Shown piece by piece: positions 12,646-22,949 of a stretch of DNA of 64,000 nt. The notes under the pieces are model-generated. The model worked only from the letters and a program-made list of their open reading frames with translations. It was not told the origin of the DNA and searched no databases. Positions within the stretch are counted from its first letter, which is position 1. Every line of letters begins with the position of its first letter. Source of the DNA: Azolla caroliniana (taxonomy: Eukaryota > Plantae > Polypodiophyta); assembly GCA_043228905.1 (NCBI GenBank), contig JBHGNT010000004.1, forward strand, positions 14,632,001 through 14,696,000, given 5' to 3'. Both the position numbers and the translations under genes were made by a program.

Positions 12646-13633
12646 TCGACCAACAGTCAGAAATGTTGTGACCAGCTTTTCTGCACTGAGTGTAGAATTC
12701 ACCTGATCGACTCGTTCTTGACTTCAACCGTTGTCGGTCTCCCCTCGTTCTCTATTGACTATGATTTCGACCGGTTTTGTCATCTTGTTCTCGCGATCGA
12801 CTATGTCGGTCGATCGACCTGGTAGGGTGATAGGCTTTTGCTCACTTGTCAATGGTAAGTCCCATCGATTTTCGCCAAATGTCCTCTGTGAGGACTTGGC
12901 CGACTATTTCCTCTAGATTTAGATTTGGTCGGGTATTGGCAAATGTCGTGTAGAATACCTCCCAACTCGCCAGCAAGCTCGATAGGAGGGCAAGGGCTTT
13001 CACTTCTTCGAAGAAGTTAATCCCTTTGGGGGAAAGTTTAGACAACACCTGGCTAAAGGTTTGATGTGGGAGGTGGTTGGATCGGTTTATCTTATCTTCA
13101 TGTTGAATAGTTATCTGATCAATATCATTTTTGAAGTATGGACTTCTTTTCGCACATAGCCTGCAACTTGGCCATGTTGAAGTAGACATTTTCGACCATG
13201 TTGAAGTAGAATTTTTCGGCCAGATACATTCAGATGGTGGAGCGCGCGATTTCCTCTATTGATCTCCACTCTTCGGATGTCATCGAAGCAGGATTTTCAT
13301 TGTGTCGAATGGATTCGACTTGTCTTCTGATGATCAATATATCTTGCATCATCTCTTTCCACAAGGCAAAGTTTTTGCCATCGAACTTCCGGATTTCAAC
13401 TCCTGTACCGGATGTTGAAGCCATGTTCTTTTTGAGAAATGAGATTTTTCCTGACCTTGCCTTTTCTTTTAGCTTTCTCTACTGTTTTGTTGCCGCTGAG
13501 TAGCAAGACGATCCAATATCACTTGTGGGTAGATGTGCGCATAAGAATGTGTGGTCCTGTTCGTTATGTGCACAACAAACAACACAAAGAGTATGATAGA
13601 AGAAATGATGGAAACATAGAGACAATTCAAGCT

Positions 13634-14168
13634 TGTCAAAGTTAGTATATAGAAGCTTAGATAAACCGGCTCAGTCGGATAACAACAATAAAACAAAAGT
13701 GAAGGTTTAATGGAAGTTTCAGAACAGAGGATACAATCGAGAGACAAAGAGAGCAGAAAACCATAAACTCGATTAAAAAATAATAACACTCTGTACATAT
13801 AGTGTCCTACATAACACTTTTTATACAAGTCCTTAAAAGGACTGACAGAAGTACTGACAAGTACTTCAATGCTCATACGAGCGACTGACACTAACTCCAA
13901 GGAATATGCCTATGTACTAGGCTCGGACCTTAGGCTCCAACGGCATACCGGTTCTCACTATTCTGGAGTACGATCCAGATATCAATATATTCAGATACCG
14001 ATCCGGCTCTGGCTTATTTAGCCAATCCGGAACTGGTTGAGCTTGCCCGCTCAACACTCCCCCTCAAGCTCAACTTGAGGTCAGATCGCTATGTGTGTCC
14101 ACCGGTCCTTTCCTCTGGCTCCTCCTGACGTCTTCTCGCCTTGCTCGTGTTCCTTGACCCGTTCGGTT
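13634..14168 (-). mobile_element. 3' LTR (13634-14056), PPT and short internal stub of another family-B copia
   Basis: Shares tatacaagtcc..gtacttcaatgctca with the family-B LTR. Ends tcaaca and is followed by ctccccctcaag (PPT on the minus strand). Confidence 0.8.
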
Positions 14169-14840
14169 TGTTGAAGATAAATGTACAAGCTCAAATTGAC
14201 ATGAGCTATGATTGTTTATATTTATAAAGTTTTATGGTGAATATTTATGTAAAGACTATAGTGAAGAGCATATAATAGGTAAATATATGTGGTAGGTGAG
14301 AATTAGACACAAAATCAGTGGCTACAAAAGTGGCGTCTAATAGGTGAGTCAAGTTGTAAGTAACTAGCATAAACATAAGGTATATATAGGTATTAAATGA
14401 GTTATATACACAGAAAAGAGGAGAGCAAGAGGAATACCTTGAGTGTCATATGTAAGTGAGAAGTTCTATAGATTGTCTTTGATATACATTGTTAGTCTCT
14501 CTCTCACGGTCTCTTTTGTATCAGCGATTTTGTAAGATTCATATATTAATGAATATATAGCCATTTCTTATGTTTAAACACTCTTTGGAAAGCTCGTTCT
14601 GTGTAGTTTCTGTGTATAAAATTGCAGCCTCAGATTCATCATATTATTGGATTTATCAATCTAAGAGTGAAAGGTGTTTGTCCATGTATTAGACCTACAA
14701 CGGTTCACTATACGCTTCTTACTGTGAATAGAAGGACAAATTCTCCATAGTTGGTATTAGAGCTTGGCTGGTGAAAAAGATTCATCAACAATCATTGAGT
14801 TGAAGAAAAGAAATAAGAACTAAAGAGAAAGGGGGAGATT
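14169..14840 (+). mobile_element. AT-rich 5' LTR (14169-14749), Met PBS and short internal stub
   Basis: Starts TGTTGAAGAT. PBS tggtattagagc at 14752-14763. Purine tract aaagagaaagggggaga at 14822-14838. Confidence 0.65.
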
Positions 14841-14869
14841 CACGAAACAAGAGTAGAGAACTACACAAT

Positions 14870-15527
14870 TATTAGAGGTAATTCGGACTCCTCACGGCAT
14901 CATGCTTTCTCAAAGGCACTATATCCTCAATCTTCTCTACAAGTTTGGGAAGACACAGCACAGTGTAAGCCCATCACTACCCCTCTCGATCACAACCTAA
15001 ACCTAGATGTCGACTCAGGCACAAGAGAGTGTGAGCCAACGCTCTATCGTCAGCTAGTCAGAAGCCTAATCTACCTCACCGTTACCCGACCCAACCTGAG
15101 TTACCTCGTCGGCCTCCTTAGCCAATTCATGCAAACTCTGCGAGACATCCATCTCGACTGTGCTAAGCGAGTGCTAAGGTATGTGAGTGGAACCATGGAT
15201 TACGACACCCTCTACCAATCAGCCACACCAATAAGACTCAAAGGGTACACAGATGCCAATTGGGCCAACTACAAAGCCAACAGACAATCAACCTCAAGGT
15301 TCGTCTTCTACCTCGGTAGTGGAGCCATATCCTGGAGGAATAAGAAGCAGCCGACAGTCTCACTATCGAGCACAAAAGCCGAATACAAGGGTGCGGCGGT
15401 CGCCCCATGTGCAGGCGTTTCGCTTAAAAGAATCTTGAAGGATCCGGGCGTTATCATCACGGATCCGATTCTCCTCTACTAAGACAATATGAGCAATATT
15501 CACCTGGCTCAGAACCCAATTTTCATG
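14870..15527 (+). pseudogene. Copia family-B-like RT/RNase H fragment
   Basis: ORF 15129-15482 reads KRVLRYVSGT, GYTDANW, KKQPTVSLSSTKAEY. Confidence 0.85.
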
Positions 15528-15786
15528 TGTGGGAACACACTCTAAGACACTCAAGTCTGTGAACACCCCACCTCCTTGTATAGTAACTAGTGTGTCATAG
15601 AAGTTAATATCCTATGACACATGTTCTTTAAGTAGTTAAGGCTTGACCCCTTTCTGAAGGGGCCGTTTCAGTGACAGAACTTAGAGAGAAGGTGACGACT
15701 GAAGCACCTTCTCCTTCTCTTTGTAGGTGTTGGCTCCTTCTTTCTAGTGTTAATAGAACTTTCTGTATTTCTATATTTTCTTGTGT

Positions 15787-15829
<43 letters not shown>

Positions 15830-15867
15830 CACACACACACACACACACATCTCTCTTCTGCTACACA
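15528..15867 (+). repeat. Probable LTR fragment containing (CT)n and (CA)n microsatellites
   Basis: Begins TGTGGG at a coding breakpoint and has a (CT)n(CA)n tract at about 15790-15849. No TSD or PBS found. Confidence 0.45.
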
Positions 15868-17304
15868 AAATCATCACCGATTCTTTACAGAAGGCATCGG
15901 ACATGCTGACCGGTTGCCTTTTTTACTTTGTTTTTGAATTTTTGGAAGCGCGAGAACACTTCACTCTTCTGTAGCATTGGGAATATCCAGGTGTGCCTCG
16001 AGAAGTCGCTGATGAACGTCACATAGTATTGGCAACCACCGAATGTTGCCATTTGGGCTGGTCCCCATACATCTAAATGTATTACATCCAAGATCCCTTT
16101 GCTTACATTCCTCTCTTTCGGGAATGGTTGACAATGTTTTCTGTTAAACTAGTAAGCTTCGAATACAACTACTCAGTAATGGTTGGGAGTTTGATGAAGA
16201 CTCCTTTCAACTGCATTACTTTTAGCTTCTAGAGATTAATGGGGCCGATTATTTTGTGTCATAGCTCTATGTCTGTGTCGACTTTATAGCCCTTGGCAAA
16301 CATTGTCGATTTCATCTCATGAGAATCGAGAATGAACATGTGACCTTCTCTTCGATCGTGAACGATAATTCACCCTTCCTTTTCGATGAAGCATCCTCCA
16401 TCGTTAAATCGAACTTGTATGCCTTGTTCCACAATCTGCCGACCAAGACCAAATTTTTCGTTATTGTTGGTAGCAATGGGCCTAGTTCGGTTTTAGTGCC
16501 TTGAAACCAAACCAAACCCTTTATATAAAACAAAAACCAAACCAAACCGTTTATGAACATTCGAACATTTAAACCAAACCATTTAAAAAAATGTAAACTA
16601 AAACATTTAAACCAAAACCGTTTAGGGAAAAGTTAAAACCAAACCGAACCATTTAATAAAAAGTTTAAACCTAACCACATTTAAGCCAAGCTAATTAAAA
16701 AATTAATTCAATAAAAATACACAAAATTAAATAAGCATTTATGTTAAAATAAATAAATAAGATTAATTGAGCCATTAGATTAAATAAACAATTAAGTTAA
16801 GTGAATGAAACCAATGAAGAACATTAATTAAAGCATTAAATTACATAAACATTTAATGGATAAAAAAAGATAACCCAAAAACCTATAAACCTATAAACCC
16901 TAGTTTCAAAACCAAACCGAACTGAAATCGAACCGTTTATTATTAATTAAAACCAAACCAAACCATTTAATTATTTTGGAACTTATAAACCTTTAAACCA
17001 TGGTTTAACAGTTTGGTTCGGTTTAAGCCAAAACCGGGCCCATTGCTAATTGTTGGAACATGCAAGATGTTCTTGATGTACGTTTGCTTGCCCTCTTCAC
17101 AGAATGGGACATTACCGACATGCTCAATGGGGTGAATTGTGTCATCCCCTGTTTCCACATAGCCGAGTCGTTTAGGATTTCGCAATTCTCGGAACCAATC
17201 TGCATGAGACGTCATGTGATTGGATGCACCCGAGTCGAAAAACCATACATTTTCTGAGTTGGAGGTGTTTGTTGGGCACGATGCCATTGTCGTGCCTTAT
17301 GGCA
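15868..17304 (-). pseudogene. Copia family-B-like protease/integrase fragment, interrupted by a MITE
   Basis: WFFDSGASNHMT (16967-17287), LHVPTI|TKNLVLVG split by the MITE, and HLDVWGPAQ (15885-16091). Confidence 0.85.
16471..17048. mobile_element. Non-autonomous hAT-type DNA transposon (MITE)
   Basis: TIR TAGCAATGGGCC / GGCCCATTGCTA, 8-bp TSD ATTGTTGG (16463-16470 / 17049-17056), and an AT-rich interior with many AAACC(G/A) subterminal motifs. Confidence 0.92.
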
Positions 17305-19127
17305 TTAGATCATTGCGTGAGTCGAGTGGAAACCACTGAGGTTTTGGACTAGGAGGAGGAGGAATTTGAGACGAATCTAGTTATGAATAGATTATATGAA
17401 AGAGAGATAGAACACTCGTGAATCCCACGAGTATAATGGATTATATTATTCAATCCATACAACCCTAATAATAGATTGGAATAGATTGATCGAAAGATCG
17501 TGAATCCCACAAGTATAGGTAATTAGATTGTTAATATTTAGAACATTAACATTACCAGGAAATCAACAACCTATTACATTTTACTCCCGGAAAGACTTAC
17601 CACATGCAACATCATGCTTTTTCTCTAACTACAATATTCATACATAATAGATGTGCATGAATAGCTTTTTCTATCATGCTTTTTCTTCTAACGAGTTCAT
17701 GCACACTAGATGTGCATGAATAGCTTTTTCTATCATAGTTTTCTAGAATATATGTAAAAAGAGTAGCGTGTGGAAGCTACACAAAAACTACTGGCTCAGC
17801 TGGACATCAACAAAGACCGGTAAACGCAGAGAACAATGATGAGAGAGAGAGAACGTGTGTGTACGTGGGAGAGATAGAGAGAGCAGAAACACAGAAACTC
17901 TATTTCAAAAATAATACTCTGTCTCTGCAAGGAATATAATCCTCCTATGGGAGGAGTCGACTGGTTGGAATAAATGAGTGCCGACAATTGAAGACAAGGA
18001 GTAGCCGACTGGTCGGGCTGAGAGCCGATAGTCGATGACAAAGAGTCCAATCGACATGTAGAATTGGCAGTATAGTAATTGATCCAAGTCGAAGGCACGA
18101 CCGACTAGTCGGGTCGACGGGATGGTCGACGACAAAGCCGACTAGTCGGGCCAGCTTGACAGTCGGCATGTTTGTCGACTAGTCTATCAATCAGTTGATT
18201 ATCGACTATTAGTGTTATTATCAGGAAATAATAATACAAGACATATTTGTAAATAGCCCATAGTGTGTATAACTATAAATACACATAGGGCAAACTTTAG
18301 GCGTGTAGAACAAGTGATACATATTAGAGTTTTTGTAGGTGAGCGTTGTAGAGCGTAGAGAGTAGAGAAGAGAGAGTGAGAGTGAGCGGCGCCATAATTG
18401 TGTAGTAGACATCAAGAGCCTCGTGTGGCTGAGGCACTCTGTATACTGATGATAAGAGATAGAAAAATTATAGAGAAGAGAAGAGAAGGAGAAAAGAATA
18501 CTTCAATATAAACACCTTTGCGTTCACAAGTGGAAGGATTGCGCATTCCACTTATAGATTCCTTCTATAATCTTGCGATTTTAGACAATTTCCAAAAACT
18601 TGATACACTAGTATCACATGTTTGAAATAGCATGTAAAATTTGCTAATTTTTTGAGATTTAACAAGTTTCAAAATGATAATTTCTAAAATTGAATAGTTT
18701 TTCAATAAATGTTTAAATGTTGATGGTTTGTAGATATGAAATGTAGTTAACTTAAAGAAAATCACAATGGTCAACTCAAGGCACAAGTTAAGATTAATGG
18801 TTTCACCATCTTGAGGAGATTAAGATTACATCTATTGTTAGATTTGAAAATGTTTTAAGTATTAAAGGTAACATTGCAATCCTTAATGTCATCATCTATA
18901 AATTAGTGCTCATTAACATCCATAAATTCACAGCTCAAGAAATGTAGACAATATTCATAAACAATTTTGATAAATCCACAACTCCTAAAATGTAGACGAT
19001 ATTCATAAACTGTCAAACTTTAGATGTGAACATTAATATATCAATTTGAACATAACACATAGTTATCAGGGTATCTACAATGTTATCCTCTTCTTCCTTA
19101 AAAGAATTCCCCTACAAAATTTGTGAA

Positions 19128-21250
19128 GTAAATGGCATTTGCGAAGTTCAATTACCATCAATACAATTATTAATGGTTTTTTTCAAATAAATGAAGCACA
19201 TGTTTACCATAAGGCATCTTGTTGTGCAACATACATCTTTAAAAAACCTCTTTTATTTGAAAAACAACAAGAGTTTTAAACATGAACACGATATGTTGTA
19301 TTGAGTTGATGGAAAAAATAGAGTTTTCATCATAATTCCATACAATATATTGAATTCATGTTCAAAGTATTTTTACCGGATTTAAAAAATAATAATAATA
19401 ATAATAAATTAAGCTTGAGATGATAGAAAAACCAGATTTTTCATCACAATTTGATACAATGTATCGATTTCATGTTTAAAGTATTTTTTTCTAATTTTTT
19501 TGGATTTTTTTTGGATTTTTTTTTATTTTTTTCAATTTTTTTGATTTTTTTTTATATTTTATGGAAATAATAATAATTTTAAACATGAATTCGATACATT
19601 GTATCGACTTGTGGTAAAAATTCTGGTTTTTTCATCACTTATTAAAGCACAAAAAAAAAATCCAAAATAAATAGAAAAACAAATTCCAAAACAAATAGAA
19701 AAAAACCAAAATTCCAAAATAAATAAACCCTTCCAAAATAAATACATTTTTTTCTATTTTATTTTGGTATTTTGTTTTTCTTTTTTTAATTGAGCTTTAA
19801 TAAGTGATGAAAAAACAAGAGTTTTTATCACAAGTCGATACAATGTATCGAATTCATGTTTAAAATTATTATTTTTTCCATAAAATATAAAAATAAATCA
19901 AAAAAATTTTGAAAAATAAAAAAAATTTGAAAAAATAATAATAATAAATTAGAAAAAAATACTTTAAACATGAACTCGATACTGTTGCGGATAGATCATA
20001 AGCTCAAGAGACAAGAAAGAAGATAGACAAATGGATGAGTAGTATTAACGAAAAGACTCCATAATTGGTGTTGTTCACCTTGAATTCCTTCAAGGTGAAC
20101 TCCTCTATTTATACTACATGGCATGCATACTTGTTGCACGCATGTGAATCTACAATAGAGCATGTAGGTATGCATGCATGTGCCAAGTGTAAATACTACA
20201 AGGGAGCAACTATGCACATGATGCTAGCAAAACAATAAAGACCAATTACATACATAACTATGTACTAGATATATTGGTTAACCCATGATACTATATTATA
20301 ACATGGTCGTGTCAAGAGTTCGAATCTTGACATTATCCCCCCTCCGACGCTGCCTTCCCAAATCGGCCGTTGGTTTGTGGGGATATCGGTGATGAAAAAC
20401 TTGGACGACCTTTGGGGCATTTTGTAAATTTTCCGATGGTTCCCACGTGGCCTCAAACATGGGGTAACCCTTCCATAGGACAAGGTATTGCAAGTGTCGA
20501 CGGTGCCAACGCGAGTCAAGGATTTGGTCGACCTCGTATTCCTCCCCTGTTGTCAATTGCACAGGTGGTGGTGGAGGGGCCTGACATCTTGGGAGTTGTG
20601 AAGCATAATGGGGTTCGAGGAGGGAGACGTGAAAAACATCATGAATCCGGAAGTGGGATGGAAGGGCGAGCCGGAAGGCGACGGGATTGATGCACTCGAT
20701 GATACGGAATGGTCCCAACTTCTTGTAATCAAGTTTCGCACATGGACGAGTAGTAGAGATGTGTCGACGTAACAACCAGACCATGTCTCCAACAACAAAG
20801 TGTGGAGTGGCAGATCGATGGCGATCAGCCTGCTGCTTGACAGATACATTGTATCGAATTGTGATGATAATTTTGGTTTTTCTATCATCTCAAGCTTAAT
20901 TTATTATTATTATTATTATTATTATTTAAATCCGATAAAAAAGCCTTTGAGCAAGAATTCAATACATTGTATGGAATTATGATGAAAACTCTATTTTTTA
21001 CATCAACTCAATACAACATATCGAGTTAATGTTTAAAATCTTGTTGTTTTTCAAATAAAAGAGGTTTTTTAAACATGAACTTGAATCGTACTAAAATCTT
21101 TGTTTTTACAAGAGAAAAAGATGTATATCGATAGTGCAAACAAGTATGTTGTACAATAAGATACTTTATGGTGAACATGTACATCATTGATTAACAAAAA
21201 ACTATTAATAATTGTGTTGATGGTAATTGAACCTTGCAAATGCCATTTAC
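19128..21250. repeat. Long AT-rich inverted repeat (foldback) built from modular subrepeats
   Basis: 19128-19238 is the inverse of about 21140-21250. About 19238-19700 mirrors about 19750-19982 + 20848-21075. The unit aaacatgaaYtcgatacattgtatcg recurs in alternating orientation. Confidence 0.8.
19983..20842 (-). mobile_element. Truncated chromovirus: integrase C-terminus + chromodomain + PPT + 3' LTR (19983-20332)
   Basis: ORF 20296-20784 reads KLDYKKLGPF..HDVFHVSLL..EYEVDQILDSR..YLVLWKGY..TWEP. PPT at 20337-20345. TSD GATAC on both sides. Confidence 0.9.
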
Positions 21251-22949
21251 ACGGTCCATAAAGTGTTCCTGTGGTTCTCAATCACTACTTAATGTTGATC
21301 ATTATAGTTGGAACGAAGGATGACAACACAAGCATAACTCAAGTGACAAGGAAACTTGCAAGAAGTCAAGGTGGGGATATTAATAGTTACACATGTAGAT
21401 GGCCATGACCTAGGCTACCAATTCTGCATTGGTAAAGTTTTGGACATGATGATGCATTAAACCTTTGTAATACATCTATCATTGACATTAATGAGGTGGA
21501 TATCATTATGTATGACTTTACACAGACAAAAGTTGGATGTTTAAGGACAACAACGATATACATAATAAAAGAGATATTAGCAAGTCGAGAAGATATCTCA
21601 GATTGAAGGCGAAGAAGATTTATTGCACATCATTTGTAGATACCATTTGGTGAAGACAATGATTTGATTGGTACATTGGAAGATGAGGGAAAGAGTCACA
21701 ATTGTAAATTATCTATAGTAGTGATTCTCATGAAAAGAATGATGATAGTCATGCAAATAACTCCCAAATGTATTTGTTGTGCAACTATATGTAACAAATT
21801 TAGACAACATTTTATCAAATGGAATAAAAACGTTCATTGTTTTGAAATCTTCTACTTTCAATTTCTTTAAGATCTAAAAACTTATTAGTTGTCATTTTTC
21901 TTTAAAAATCCACAAAGTTACTTTTCGTATTTGACCCAAATTTGGCATTTTTTCAATTGTACCAAATGGTGAAATTTTTAACTTTTTCATCAAGTTTTGG
22001 AGAACATGTGATACTAGTATCAAGATGTTTTGTGAAATGGCAAAAAAAACCCCAAAATCAAACGGAATATTCCTTATCCTTCCACTTGTGTGCAATCCTT
22101 CCACTTGTGAATGCAAACGTGTTTATATTATTAGGAAAACAATACAATCTTCTTGGACTCTACAAAGAACAACCCCACCAAAGAACTACGTTAATCTTAA
22201 TGACCCTAATCAATATAATAGTCTTTTCTTCTTCTCTCTTTCTTCTAGCCTTCTTATTCTTCCTCCTTCCTTAATTGCTAAGAATACCTTTGTGTTATTC
22301 TTGTTTTTTCTTTTATTTTCTTTTTACATATCCTCGAGTTTATGTGAGTCGTTTTTTTTATATTACTTGTTTAGCTTTGTCATCCCAAATTTCTCATATA
22401 AGAAAGCTCTCTTCGTCAGCTTTCTTACGAATCTTTTCTTTTAAAATTTGGATATGAGATGAAGAAGTTATGAGCTTTTTTCTCTGCCTTGCTTTTTCTG
22501 TTTTTCTTGCTACATCGTTTTTTCTTTTTCTTTTTTTCTATTTTTTTTACTTTTGAAAAACGCCTCTAACTTAATATCCCTTCAACTTCCTTCATCTTTT
22601 AACTCTTAAACCTTTCATACCATGCTTTATTCTTATACACCTTAGTATCCAATGTATTTTCCACGGTCTTTTCTTACGAGCAAAATTTGACTTCACATTT
22701 AGCCCCCCCCCCCTCCTTGCTTGTTGAGCGAACCATTTATGGTGAGCCTAAAAAAGGAAATGAAAAACTCCTTCGCCTGATGGTAGACTATAGACAAAGA
22801 AGGAGAATAAAACCTAAAAATGTAACAAATTACTATGTGAAAAAAAAACTCACACTCCTAGAGAAACAAAAATTTAAAACATGGCAACAATATTAAAGGA
22901 GGATTATGAATTAGTTGGGGAATATGCTTGGGGACAAATCCACTTCTTG

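Larger units (their letters stand above)
3633..13633 (-). mobile_element. Degraded Ty1/copia (family A, Tnt1-like) hosting two later insertions
   Basis: gag MASTSGTGVEIRKFDGKNFALWK (13424), protease LDSSATFH (12117), integrase LRSDNGGEY (about 5590) and [16 protein letters not shown] (3691-4317). Degenerate PBS at about 13510-13521 and partial 5' LTR at 13524-13633. Interrupted at 5671-11446 and 12299-12645. Confidence 0.85.
18511..22123. mobile_element. Non-coding TIR/foldback DNA transposon with a 4-bp TATA TSD
   Basis: About 35-bp TIR AACACCTTTGCGTTCACAAGTGGAAGGATTGCGCA with its near-perfect inverse at about 22089-22123. The uninterrupted LTR copy at about 27721 shows the empty site. Further internal inverted repeats are present. 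Confidence 0.85.

Noticed and set aside
21942-22457. Hydrophobic ORFs as membrane or env-like proteins
   Set aside because: They are translations of the T-rich gypsy LTR and are not kept open in the sister LTR at 27666-28338.
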